Source of the DNA: an uncultured Desulfomicrobiaceae bacterium | Lineage (GTDB): Bacteria > Desulfobacterota > Desulfovibrionia > Desulfovibrionales > Desulfomicrobiaceae | NCBI GenBank assembly: GCA_937989665.1 | Contig: CALKRN010000002.1 | Span: 29,800 to 53,799, forward strand | Length of the DNA stretch: 24,000 nt | Reading direction: 5' to 3' | Shown: piece by piece, positions 1 through 9,668 of the stretch | Layout of the letters: each line of letters starts with the position of its first letter | Position numbering within the stretch: position 1 is the stretch's first letter | The notes under the pieces: model-generated | What the model was told of the DNA's origin: nothing | Seen by the model: the letters and a program-made list of their open reading frames with translations, nothing else | Databases searched by the model: none | Translations under genes and position numbers: made by a program

Positions 1-387
1 GGCCATGATGGCATTGGCGTGGGCCAAGAGGGCATCGCCGGCGAGGATGGCGGAAGTAAGGCCAAAGACGGTATGGGCTGCTGGGCGTCCGCGGCGGGTG
101 GCGGCGTTGTCGAGGATATCGTCGTGGATGAGGGTGGCCGAATGGAGGAATTCGAGGGCCACGGCGGTGGTATAGAGGCCATTGGTGGCGCTGCTGCCCA
201 GGGCGCGGGCAGTGAGGATGGTGAGCATCGGGCGCAGTCGCTTGCCGCCGGCCTCGAGCACGTGGCGGGCCACGGGTTGGATGGGAGGCGGCAGTTGGGC
301 GATTTCCTCTTGCAAGGCGGCTTCGATGGTAGGGAGTTCTATGTGGAAGGCGCGTTTAAGGTCGGCGATGGAGTTACAATTGTTCAT
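1..387 (-). CDS. Polyprenyl synthetase family protein (prenyl diphosphate synthase), N-terminal part, runs off left edge
   Basis: Reverse-strand reading from ATG at 387 gives MNNCNSIADLKRAFHIELPTIEAAL...PVARHVLEAGGKRLRPMLTILTARALG...LIHDDILDNAATRRGRPAAHTVFG; GGKRLRP and DDxxD aspartate-rich motif are typical. Start overlaps the stop of the upstream gene (ATGA). Confidence 0.88.
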   Translation of the reverse strand, partial: MNNCNSIADLKRAFHIELPTIEAALQEEIAQLPPPIQPVARHVLEAGGKRLRPMLTILTARALGSSATNGLYTTAVALEFLHSATLIHDDILDNAATRRGRPAAHTVFGLTSAILAGDALLAHANAIMA

Positions 388-1154
388 GGGGCTCCCAATT
401 GCCTCAGGAGCGCGAGGGCGGTTTCTCCCTCTGGGCCCATATGGAGGCTATAGTCGTTGGCGTAGGCCGTAATATGGTGGGCCAAAGTGGGGGCGTCAAG
501 CTCTTGGGCAAAGCTGTGCACCAGTGGCAGCACGGCTTGAGGATGGCTGCGGGCATACTGGAGGCTGGTACGGATGGTGTTGACCACTGCGGTTTGGATC
601 GTGTCCGGGATATGGGCCTGCATGACGATGACCCCCAAGGGGAGGGGAAGACCGCTGGAGTACTCCTGCCACCAGGCCCCCAAATCAAGGAGGAGGTGTA
701 GACCGAGGCGCTCGTGCAGGAGGGCGGTTTCGTGGATGAGGAGCCCGGCGTCCACAGCCCCGCTGCGCACGAGGTCTGGGATGGCAGAAAAGAGGGTCGG
801 TATGGCCTCAAAGGAGGGGCCAAGGGCCGCACGTAGGAGGCGGTAGGCCGTGGTATCGAGCCCTGGCACGGCGATGCGCGCCGTTTTTTCAAGCTGGGGG
901 GTGCGGGCGACCAGTTTGGGCCCGTGGTTCAGACCAAAGGCCCCCCCACAGGGTAGGATGGTCCTGCCAGAGAGCTGCAAGGCTGCCGCTGCACTTACCT
1001 TGACGACGTCATAGGAGCCTGCTGCGGCGCGTTCGTTGAGTTCTTGGACATCGTGCCAAAAAAAGCGGCAGGGTTGGGGGCTTGGGACCAAACCGAGGAC
1101 CCAGGCGCCAAAGACCCACGTGTCATTCGGGCAGGGAGAGATGGCGACGTTCAT
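384..1154 (-). CDS. mqnD: 1,4-dihydroxy-6-naphthoate synthase-like protein (futalosine menaquinone pathway)
   Basis: ORF 256 aa MNVAISPCPNDTWVFGAWVLG...; periplasmic-binding-like MqnD N-terminus 'SPCPNDT', and adjacency to a futalosine hydrolase-like gene. Confidence 0.87.
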   Translation of the reverse strand: MNVAISPCPNDTWVFGAWVLGLVPSPQPCRFFWHDVQELNERAAAGSYDVVKVSAAAALQLSGRTILPCGGAFGLNHGPKLVARTPQLEKTARIAVPGLDTTAYRLLRAALGPSFEAIPTLFSAIPDLVRSGAVDAGLLIHETALLHERLGLHLLLDLGAWWQEYSSGLPLPLGVIVMQAHIPDTIQTAVVNTIRTSLQYARSHPQAVLPLVHSFAQELDAPTLAHHITAYANDYSLHMGPEGETALALLRQLGAP

Positions 1155-1788
1155 GCCCTGTCTCCTAAAAGGAGTTGTGCAGCTTGAGAGAGCGCCTCAA
1201 GGGCCAGAGGGATATTCCAGCGGTCCTTGTCGCGTTCACCCACGGCATTGGCGATGGTCCGGATTTCTAGGCAGGGGACGCCAGCAAGGTGCGCAGCGAA
1301 GGCAACACCAAAGCCTTCCATGGATTCAATGAGGGCCTGGAAGCGGTAGTGGTATGCCGAGGCCAGCGCCGTATCGCCAGTCACCCCCGCCACCGTGAGT
1401 GCCGGTCCCCAGACCCAGGAAGGATCCAGCGCCAGGCCCATGGCATCTGCGGCAGCGGTTGGGTCAAGGGGTAAGGAGGGGCGTGGCAGACGGGGGTGCA
1501 TGGGGAAGGTCAAGGGGGTGATTGTTCCGTCGTTGCGGCGCACGCCATATTCTGGCCAGGTTTCGTGGGTGGCCACGACAACACCTCCCAGGGGTGCGGC
1601 TGCCAGGTCAAAGCTTCCGGCAATTCCCAAATGAACGACACCTCGAAATTCGCCCTGAGCCAAGGCCATGGCCGTGGTGGCCGCTGCTGCCACTGGCCCA
1701 ACGCCGGTACACACGGGGTGTGAGTCGGACCATGGGCCGTGGCGCACAACGGCGTTGAGCTCCGCAGATGTCGGGCAGGCAAGAAGGA

Positions 1789-1801
<13 letters not shown>
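1151..1801 (-). CDS. mqnB: Futalosine hydrolase
   Basis: 216 aa ORF with nucleoside phosphorylase-like 'GVGPVAAAATTAMAL...VVHLGIAGSFD' and 'ESMEGFGVAFAAHLAGVPCLEIRTIANAVGERD'; 4-bp overlap with mqnD. Confidence 0.87.
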
Positions 1802-3099
<1,298 letters not shown>

Positions 3100-3154
3100 A
3101 GCTGCTCCTTGGGATGACTCGACAGGGCCAAAGGGTTCGTGGCATGTTCTTGTT

Positions 3155-3364
3155 ATGCCGTTTGATGGTTCCTCTTTTTTGGTGGCCTTGGGATTGGCCA
3201 TTATCCTGGAAGCTATTCCGTACTTCTTGTTTGCGGAAAAGATGCCCCAGTACTTTCGCTCCCTTGCCCAATTGCCGCCGCCGGTCCTGCGCCTTTTGGC
3301 GGCAGTTGGCCTTGCGCTTGGGATGGTGTTGGTGGCCGTGGGTCGGAGCGGAGGTCATGGCTAG
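3155..3364 (+). CDS. Small membrane protein, DUF2065/YjeT-like
   Basis: 69 aa, two hydrophobic segments; 'ALGLAIILEAIPYFLFAEKMPQYFRSLAQLPPPVLRLLAAVGLALGMVLVAVGR' matches the family pattern. Confidence 0.75.
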   Translation: MPFDGSSFLVALGLAIILEAIPYFLFAEKMPQYFRSLAQLPPPVLRLLAAVGLALGMVLVAVGRSGGHG

Positions 3365-4050
3365 GGGCGTTGGGCTTCGTGGAGAAAGACGATGCCAGAG
3401 GTCATGGCGGTCCAGCGGACATCGCTGAAGCCTGCGCTGCGGAGTTCCTCGGCCAAGGCCTCTTCGTCGGGAAAGGCGGCAATGGTCTCGGCGAGGTAGC
3501 GGTAGGCCTCGGGGTCCCGGGAGAGGAGGCGTCCGATGCCAGGCAGCACCTGGTGGAGATACCAGTTGTAGAGCCCCCCCCAGATGCGGCGCTGACCCGT
3601 GCCAAACTCGAGGATGGCAAGCCGGCCTCCAGGGCGCAGCACACGCACGATTTCCGCATAGGCATCGCTGCGTGGGTGGATGTTGCGGATACCAAAGGCA
3701 ATCGTCACGGCGTCGGCACAGGCATCGGGCAAGGGCAGGCGCCGCGCATCCGCCTGCACCGGCCAGATGGCTCGGCCTTGGCGTTTGGCCGCGCCGCGCA
3801 CGAGCATGGGGCGGCAAAAATCAACGGCCACGACGCAGGCCTCAGGGTGCTGGCGGCAAACCGCCCTGCTGACGTCGAGGGTGCCGGCAGCGAGGTCCAC
3901 GACCGTCTTTGGGCCTTGCGGAAGGCAGTGGACCATCTGGCGCCGCCAGCGTTGGTCCAGACCAAGGCTGAGCACTCGGTTGAGGAGGTCGTAGCAGCGG
4001 GCAATGGTGCCAAAAAGACCAGCGACTCGGTGGGCGTGGAGATCAGGCAT
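3361..4050 (-). CDS. menG: Demethylmenaquinone methyltransferase (UbiE/MenG family)
   Basis: Class I SAM methyltransferase: 'VAGLFGTIARCYDLLNRVLSLGLDQRWRR', 'VVDLAAGTLDVS', 'DAVTIAFGIRNI', 'VLRPGGRLAILEFG'. Start set at MPDLHAHR; the ORF extends to 4161. Confidence 0.83.
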   Translation of the reverse strand: MPDLHAHRVAGLFGTIARCYDLLNRVLSLGLDQRWRRQMVHCLPQGPKTVVDLAAGTLDVSRAVCRQHPEACVVAVDFCRPMLVRGAAKRQGRAIWPVQADARRLPLPDACADAVTIAFGIRNIHPRSDAYAEIVRVLRPGGRLAILEFGTGQRRIWGGLYNWYLHQVLPGIGRLLSRDPEAYRYLAETIAAFPDEEALAEELRSAGFSDVRWTAMTSGIVFLHEAQRP

Positions 4051-4225
4051 CCGGAGTTTCTCTGCCGGCGGTTTGGTCTTTGGCGCGCAGAAGGACGCGC
4101 AGGACTTCATCATGGACGAGGGCAAAGTGCTCGGCGAAATTGGCTGGCGAGATGCGGCCAACTTCGATGAACTTGATGATCACCTCTTTGGCGACTTGCA
4201 GGGCCTGTTTGCGTTCATTGTCCAT
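4043..4225 (-). CDS. Small conserved-looking hypothetical protein
   Basis: MDNERKQALQVAKEVIIKFIEVGRISPANFAEHFALVHDEVLRVLLRAKDQTAGRETPDA; AAAGGAG upstream, overlaps menG start by 8 nt. Start could be the nearby Met at 4231. Confidence 0.7.
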   Translation of the reverse strand: MDNERKQALQVAKEVIIKFIEVGRISPANFAEHFALVHDEVLRVLLRAKDQTAGRETPDA

Positions 4226-4255
4226 GGACATGATCTCCTTTGGGCTCAAAGAAAA

Positions 4256-4303
4256 ACCGCCCGGGGGGAATGGTCGTGACCTGCTTTGGGGAGTCCGGGC
4301 GGT
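4256..4303 (-). terminator. Inverted repeat with flanking T-tract on minus strand, likely terminator downstream of the 427-aa-ORF gene
   Basis: accgcccgg (4256-4264) and ccgggcggt (4295-4303) are perfect 9-bp inverted arms; minus strand reads CCGGGCGGTTTTTC. The approx. 30-nt loop is long for a canonical terminator. Confidence 0.45.
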
Positions 4304-4357
4304 AAAAACCGAGAAGAAAAACCGCTCAGGCCCTCCCCCTCGGTTTTTGAAAGAGGA

Positions 4358-5599
4358 TTATTGGCCATTTTCGGCCAGCATCTGGGCCAACTCTTCACGG
4401 ATGGCCCGGGCCGCTACCCGTGGGGCGGCCTCCTCTACGACGCTCTGCAGGCGGGCCTCGATGTTCGCGTCCATGGCCTCCAGCTGATTTGTCACGGCGT
4501 CAAGTCGGGCGGTGATGGCCGTCAGCTGGGCGTCACGGGCGGCGAGTTGTTGCTTGAGGGCCACCATTTCTGCGTCTTTGGCAGCGATGAGGGCTCGCAG
4601 GGCCTCCATTTCTGCAGTTTGGGCCGCCATGGCCTCGCGCAGGGCTGCTGCCTCTTGGAGAAAGATGCCCCCGGCACCAGAGGCTGTCGCGCTAGAGGCC
4701 GCCTTTGGGGCATCCCATTGGGTAGCCAGGGCCTGGATGCGGTCCGCTTGAGCGGCCAACGCCTCCCGGATGGAGGCGAGTTCTTCGGGAGAGACCGCGG
4801 GGGAGTGTGGTCCCCCACCTGCACCCAATTCTTGGCGCAGGTCCTCCGTTGCCGTGCGTAGGTGGTCGGTGAGTTCCGTTAGGAGGTCGTGGCGGATCCC
4901 TTCGAGGGCCTCCTGAAGGCGGCTGTGGATGTGGGAGGTCACCTGTTCCATGAGGGCGGGGGAAAAGGGCAGGGACTCGGGGTCTTGGGGCAAGGAGGCG
5001 GTGGCTGGCACCACAAGGGGCGTGGCGAGGAGTTCGTCCAGCTCTTGGGGGGCCGGGCTGACCTGCGGCGCGGTGGCTTTGGTCGGAGTAGGTTCGGCCA
5101 TGGCAGTGAGGTCGGGCTCAGCGAGGAGTTCTGCCGCGAAGGCAGTGGGGGGCGCATCGTTGCCGAGGTCAGGTTCAGTGAGAAGATCGGCCTCATCTGG
5201 GGTGGTGCGCTCTTCGGCAAAGCTTGCCTCGGAAGGAAGGCTATCCGCCCCTGGGCCAGGGCTTGCCAAGGAAGCAGTTTCCGGCTCCAGAGGGGCGTTG
5301 GCAAAGATATCGAGGGAGTCGTCGGCACTGGGGGTGTCTGCCGGTGGCACGAAGGAGGGCGGCTCTTTGGCCAAGACCTCGGTGGCCGTCGGTTCTGCAG
5401 TGGGCACACTCTCCGGTGGGGCGGTGAACTCGGTGAGCGGGTCGAGCTCGGGCGAGATGTCTTCGAGGAGGGCATCGAGCTCATCGTCTAGGTTTTTGGG
5501 GTCAACGGCGTGTTCTGCCGGAAAGTCCCCCAAATTTGAGGTAATCGGCGCCCCTTCTTCTACGATATCCGTCAGTTCGATAATTTCGTCGTTGTGCAT
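4358..5599 (-). CDS. Hypothetical protein: acidic/proline-rich N-terminal half, coiled-coil C-terminal half
   Basis: Start at MHNDEIIELTDIVEEG preceded by GAGGGG; the ORF extends to 5641. C-terminus has heptad-like 'LREAMAAQTAEMEALRALIAAKDAEMVALKQQLAARDAQLTAITARLDAVTNQLEAM'. Confidence 0.75.
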   Translation of the reverse strand: MHNDEIIELTDIVEEGAPITSNLGDFPAEHAVDPKNLDDELDALLEDISPELDPLTEFTAPPESVPTAEPTATEVLAKEPPSFVPPADTPSADDSLDIFANAPLEPETASLASPGPGADSLPSEASFAEERTTPDEADLLTEPDLGNDAPPTAFAAELLAEPDLTAMAEPTPTKATAPQVSPAPQELDELLATPLVVPATASLPQDPESLPFSPALMEQVTSHIHSRLQEALEGIRHDLLTELTDHLRTATEDLRQELGAGGGPHSPAVSPEELASIREALAAQADRIQALATQWDAPKAASSATASGAGGIFLQEAAALREAMAAQTAEMEALRALIAAKDAEMVALKQQLAARDAQLTAITARLDAVTNQLEAMDANIEARLQSVVEEAAPRVAARAIREELAQMLAENGQ

Positions 5600-5670
5600 A
5601 ATTCCCCTCTTCTCCTGCCAGCGTGTCGGCCGTAGCCACAAATCGTTCCTCCTCTAGCGCAGCGAGCGGT

Positions 5671-5704
5671 AAAAAAAAAGCCCCATCCGCTGGGGCAGAT
5701 GGGG
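5671..5704 (-). terminator. Rho-independent terminator (copy 2, distal) downstream of cytochrome c3 gene
   Basis: Minus strand reads CCCCATCTGCCCCAGCGGATGGGG followed by CTTTTTTTTT; 7-bp perfect stem. Confidence 0.8.
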
Positions 5705-5744
5705 AGGCCGCAGATGGCTGGGGCCTCGAACATATTGACCGCCC

Positions 5745-5777
5745 AAAAAAAAACCCCATCCGCTGGGGCAGATGGGG
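5745..5777 (-). terminator. Rho-independent terminator (copy 1, proximal) downstream of cytochrome c3 gene
   Basis: Minus strand reads CCCCATCTGCCCCAGCGGATGGGGTTTTTTTTT; the same 24-nt core as 5681-5704. Confidence 0.85.
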
Positions 5778-5833
5778 GCACCAAGGTCCTTTGGCCATGC
5801 TTATGCTGCTTGCGATATCCCGCTTAAGGCTCC

Positions 5834-6250
5834 TTACTTCATGTGGCACTTGTTGCAAGCCGTGGGGCCAGTGGGCTTGTTTTCCGCCTTCAGCTTCTTG
5901 TGGCAATCCATGCACTGGTTGTGGAATGCATTTTCCACCAGCTTGATGTCTTTGGCATTTTCCGGGCCTTTGGCTTCCTTGGAGTCATGGCAGCCAGCGC
6001 TGGTGCACTTTTTGATGGCGCCATCTTTTTCCATGGTGTGATGGCACACTTTGCACTCCACGGCCGCGTGCTTCGAGTGCGCAAAAGGCACGGCCTTCTG
6101 CAAGGGCTTGCCTTCTTTGGTCTTCATGCCTTCCGGAGCCTTGATGACATAGTCATCGCCCGGAGCCTTGGCCGTGGCCGACAGCAGGGGAGCCGTCCCC
6201 AGGGCCAAGAGTACGATACAGAACAGACTCACGATCATTGATTTTTTCAT
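5834..6250 (-). CDS. Class III (tetraheme) cytochrome c3-like protein
   Basis: Signal peptide [29 protein letters not shown]; four heme-binding motifs CKVCH, CTSAGCH (CX4CH), CMDCH, CNKCH; preceded by GGAGG. Confidence 0.92.
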   Translation of the reverse strand: MKKSMIVSLFCIVLLALGTAPLLSATAKAPGDDYVIKAPEGMKTKEGKPLQKAVPFAHSKHAAVECKVCHHTMEKDGAIKKCTSAGCHDSKEAKGPENAKDIKLVENAFHNQCMDCHKKLKAENKPTGPTACNKCHMK

Positions 6251-6325
6251 TGTCCTCTACCTCCACAAGAAAAACGTTGGTTCAACGCACAAGCAGGCCA
6301 TGTATAGGGGAAGGGTCTTGGTTTT

Positions 6326-7603
6326 TTAGGGTTGGTTGGGGTTGAAGGCTGCAGTTGCTTGGAGGATGTGTTCCATATCTTCCTCCGTATGTGCAAAAGA
6401 AAGAAAGGCGCATTCATATCCTGATGGGGCAAGAAAGACGCCTTGCTGGCGCATATGGCGGAAGAAGCGGCTATAGATGGCGGTGTCCATGGTTTGGGCA
6501 GAAGGAAAATCCGTGACGGGGGTATCGGTAAAGAAGATCGTAAACATCGATGCCATGCTGTTGCAGTAGACCGACAGCCCCTTGCGTTTGAGGGTCTCGG
6601 TCATTTTTGTGGCAAGGGTTTGGGTGCGGCGGGCGAGGGCGTCGTAATCCTGCTGGGCGAGCAGACGCAGCGTGGCGAGGCCCGCGGCCATGGCCACGGG
6701 ATTTCCCGATAGGGTGCCGGCCTGATAGACTGGCCCTTGCGGAGCGATGGATTCCATTATTTCGCGCCGGCCACCGTACGCTCCCACCGGGAGCCCGCCG
6801 CCAATGATCTTGCCTAGACAGGTCAGATCCGGGGTGATGCCGAACGTCGCTTGCGCCCCGCCGTACGCCAGGCGAAACCCGGTAATGACCTCGTCAAAGA
6901 CGAGGAGAGCCCCGTGCTTGGTGCAGAGTTCCCGGAGGGTCTCGAGAAATCCGGGCTTGGGGGGTACGAGCCCCATGTTACCGGCCACAGGCTCCACGAA
7001 CACACAGGCAATGTCCTGGCCGTGTTCGGTAAAAAGGGTAGCAACAGCGTCGGTGTCATTGTAGTGGGCAAGGAGGGTGTGCTGGACAACGGCAGCCGGG
7101 ACACCCGGTGTCCCGGGGATGGCGCACGTGGCCACCCCAGAGCCAGCGCTGGCAAGAAAGGCATCTGCGTGACCATGGTAGCCGCCGTGGAACTTGAGGA
7201 CGAGGTCGCGGCCTGTGAAGCCCCGGGCCAGACGGAGCGCGCTCATGGTGGCCTCAGTGCCAGAGGAAACCATGCGCACCATCTCTATCCCGGGCATGGC
7301 CGCCACAATGGCTTCGGCGAGCTCCACCTCCAGGCGACAGGGAGCGCCATAGCTCGTCCCTCGGCGCACGGCGTCGATGATCGCTCGTTCCACCTCGGGA
7401 TGGGCATGGCCGAGGAGCATGGGCCCCCAGGACATGACGAGGTCCACGAGTTCCTCACCGTCTTCAGTGGTAATGCGGCTGCCTTTGGCTTGGGCAATAA
7501 ACAGCGGTGCAGCACCGACACTTTTGCAAGCCCGCACCGGGCTGTTTACCCCGCCGGGAATAAGCTGGCAGGCGCGCTGATAGAGGGATTCCGATATCTG
7601 CAT
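6326..7603 (-). CDS. hemL: Glutamate-1-semialdehyde 2,1-aminomutase
   Basis: '[27 protein letters not shown]', '[38 protein letters not shown]', '[15 protein letters not shown]', '[18 protein letters not shown]'; AAGGAG 5 nt upstream of the ATG at 7603. Confidence 0.96.
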   Translation of the reverse strand: MQISESLYQRACQLIPGGVNSPVRACKSVGAAPLFIAQAKGSRITTEDGEELVDLVMSWGPMLLGHAHPEVERAIIDAVRRGTSYGAPCRLEVELAEAIVAAMPGIEMVRMVSSGTEATMSALRLARGFTGRDLVLKFHGGYHGHADAFLASAGSGVATCAIPGTPGVPAAVVQHTLLAHYNDTDAVATLFTEHGQDIACVFVEPVAGNMGLVPPKPGFLETLRELCTKHGALLVFDEVITGFRLAYGGAQATFGITPDLTCLGKIIGGGLPVGAYGGRREIMESIAPQGPVYQAGTLSGNPVAMAAGLATLRLLAQQDYDALARRTQTLATKMTETLKRKGLSVYCNSMASMFTIFFTDTPVTDFPSAQTMDTAIYSRFFRHMRQQGVFLAPSGYECAFLSFAHTEEDMEHILQATAAFNPNQP

Positions 7604-7620
7604 GCGAACTCCTTGGTGCA

Positions 7621-8091
7621 CTAGAAATATTCCATGGAGGTCTTTTTGAGTTCTTTGTTGCTAAACAAAATATCGTATTGTTCGACGCCGGTGCGCTCTT
7701 GAATGCGCTGGACGACTGCCAGGCACTCTTCTTGGGTGCGGCCATGGATCATCGTATAGAGGCTATAGGGCCAATCGAGACAGTTGCGGCGCAAATAGCA
7801 ATGGGAGACTTCGGGTTGGGCCGCCATGACATGGCCAATGGCATCTTCATCCATGCCTTCTTCCACATACCAGGCCACCATGGCATTGAAGCCATAGCCG
7901 GCGTGCTGGTGGCGCAAGGTGGCGCCAAAGCGCCGGATTTGGCCTCCGGCCTTGAGGCGGCCAAGGAGGTCCAAGACTTCGTCCTCTGTAACGCCGGCTT
8001 CTCGGGCGATGTCGGCATAGGGGGTAGCGCTATCGGGAAGGGAACCTTGCACGAGGCGGAGGATGCGGCGTTCCCTGTCGGTTAATTCCAT
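7621..8091 (-). CDS. ahbB: Siroheme decarboxylase subunit, AhbA/AhbB (NirDLGH-like, Lrp/AsnC-fold) family, probably the beta subunit
   Basis: 156 aa with AsnC-like HTH '[52 protein letters not shown]' and '[21 protein letters not shown]'. Assignment of A versus B subunit is uncertain. Confidence 0.78.
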   Translation of the reverse strand: MELTDRERRILRLVQGSLPDSATPYADIAREAGVTEDEVLDLLGRLKAGGQIRRFGATLRHQHAGYGFNAMVAWYVEEGMDEDAIGHVMAAQPEVSHCYLRRNCLDWPYSLYTMIHGRTQEECLAVVQRIQERTGVEQYDILFSNKELKKTSMEYF

Positions 8092-8194
8092 CGGTTATCC
8101 TTGGATGGTGTTGGGTTTCGATGGCGGGCCTGTAGTCCCTTTGCCCTAGACCTGCAAGGGGGGAGGGGCGGGAGCGGTCGTTTCTGGTAGTCTC

Positions 8195-8224
8195 TAGACA
8201 GGCTGGGGATAGACAGGCTGGGGA
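8195..8224. repeat. Perfect 15-bp tandem duplication (TAGACAGGCTGGGGA x2) in the ahb/gpsA divergent intergenic region
   Basis: tagacaggctgggga at 8195-8209 immediately repeated at 8210-8224. Confidence 0.9.
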
Positions 8225-8271
8225 GGAGGGCACTAGCTGGATGGCCAAGAAAATGACACCAGGAGGTCGGC

Positions 8272-9267
8272 ATGCGGGCAGTCGTATTGGGAGCGGGGAG
8301 CTGGGGCACGGCCTTGGCCCATGTCCTTGCCCTGGGTGGAGAAGCGGTGTCTCTGTGGGGCAGGGATGCTGCCCTGATGGAGAAGATGGCCCATTTGGGG
8401 GAAAATCCTCGCTATCTTCCGGGTCGGGTCTTGGCCCCGCTGGTGCGGCCCACGGCGGATCTCGGCATGGCCCTGGCCGGGGCCGAGCTCATCGTCCTCG
8501 CCGTACCCTGCCAGAGCTTGGCCGCCTTTGTGCGCCAGCATGTGGCCCTTTTCCCCCAGGGTGTTGTTGTCGTTTGTGCCAGCAAGGGGCTCGAGCGCGG
8601 AACTTTGCGGACCATGGGGCAGATTGTGGACCAGGAAATGGCCCTCTGCGCTCCGACCTATGCCGTACTCTCTGGGCCTTCGTTTGCGGCCGATGTGCTC
8701 GCCGGCCAACCCACGGCGGTGGCCCTGGGATGTGCAGACCCTCAGGTGGGGGCCCAGGTGCAGGCGCGTTTTTCTGGCGAGACGTTTCGGGTTTACGTCA
8801 CGGAAGATGTGCGTGGCGTGGAGCTTGGAGGGGCGCTTAAAAACGTCATCGCCATCGCTGCCGGGGTGGCGGATGGCTTGGGATTTGGCGAGAACGCGCG
8901 CGCTGCACTCATTACCCGGGGATTGGCAGAGATCGCCCGCCTTGGTGAGGCCATGGGGGCAAGGCGCCAGACCTTCATGGGGCTCTCGGGGCTGGGGGAT
9001 CTCGTGCTGACGTGCACCGGAGATCAGAGCCGCAACCGTCGAGTGGGGATTGCCCTTGGTCAGGGACAGCCATTGGACGCCGTTTTGGCGGGGATGGGCG
9101 GGGTAGCCGAAGGGGTGTGGACCACAGCCGCAGTCTATGATTTGGCTCGCCGCCTGGAGGTCCCCATGCCCATCACCGAACAGATCCATGCGGTCCTCTT
9201 CCAGGGAGCAAGTCCCCTGGACGCCGTGCGCGCCCTCATGGCGCGGCCATTGCGAACAGAGGGCTAA
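8272..9267 (+). CDS. gpsA: Glycerol-3-phosphate dehydrogenase [NAD(P)+]
   Basis: 'VVLGAGSWGTALAHVLALGG', 'SLWGRD', 'GVELGGALKNVIAIAAGVADGLGFGENARAALITRGLAEIARLG', 'FMGLSGLGDLVLTCTGDQSRNRRVG'; AGGAGG upstream. Confidence 0.97.
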   Translation: MRAVVLGAGSWGTALAHVLALGGEAVSLWGRDAALMEKMAHLGENPRYLPGRVLAPLVRPTADLGMALAGAELIVLAVPCQSLAAFVRQHVALFPQGVVVVCASKGLERGTLRTMGQIVDQEMALCAPTYAVLSGPSFAADVLAGQPTAVALGCADPQVGAQVQARFSGETFRVYVTEDVRGVELGGALKNVIAIAAGVADGLGFGENARAALITRGLAEIARLGEAMGARRQTFMGLSGLGDLVLTCTGDQSRNRRVGIALGQGQPLDAVLAGMGGVAEGVWTTAAVYDLARRLEVPMPITEQIHAVLFQGASPLDAVRALMARPLRTEG

Positions 9268-9668
9268 GGCGCGGGCACTCCCCCCAGGGGCTGGACCCAG
9301 AGGGTGCGGCGCCGTGGGCCATCGAATTCCGCCAGGAAGATGCGCTGCCAGGTCCCGAGGCGCAGCTGGCCTTCATTGGCGAGGACTGTAGCGGCATGGC
9401 CTACAAGGATAGTCTTGAGGTGGGCGTCGGCATTGCCTTCGGCGTGACGGAAGGGGGCATCGGGAGGCACAAGGCGTCGCAGGTGGGCGAGGACATCAGA
9501 GGCCACATCGGGGTCAGCCCCTTCATTGACGAGGACACCCGCTGTGGTGTGCGGGCTGACGATGGCAAGCGCCGCGGCCCTCGGGGCGCGGGCAGCAACA
9601 GCCGCTACCTGGGCCGTGATGTCGATCAGCTCTTCGCGACGGGTGGTGGCAATCGTGATGGTCGTCAT
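9264..9668 (-). CDS. YjbQ/UPF0047 family protein
   Basis: 134 aa; 'AAALAIVSPHTTAGVLVNEGADPDVASDVLAHLRRLVP', 'HAEGNADAHLKTILVG', 'LGTWQRIFLAEFDGPRRRTLWVQ'. Confidence 0.9.
   Translation of the reverse strand: MTTITIATTRREELIDITAQVAAVAARAPRAAALAIVSPHTTAGVLVNEGADPDVASDVLAHLRRLVPPDAPFRHAEGNADAHLKTILVGHAATVLANEGQLRLGTWQRIFLAEFDGPRRRTLWVQPLGGVPAP

Noticed and set aside
3370-4170. 266-aa plus-strand ORF opposite menG
   Set aside because: Antisense shadow; menG motifs are unambiguous on the minus strand.
5671-5777. Possible small CRISPR or insertion-element remnants from the repeated 24-mer
   Set aside because: Each copy is a hairpin directly followed by a U-tract on the minus strand after a gene end, which is explained by duplicated terminators; no transposase or third repeat.
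8233-9189. 318-aa minus-strand ORF opposite gpsA
   Set aside because: Antisense to a clearly identified gpsA; composition (many His/Pro/Arg/Gly) is typical of spurious antisense translation.
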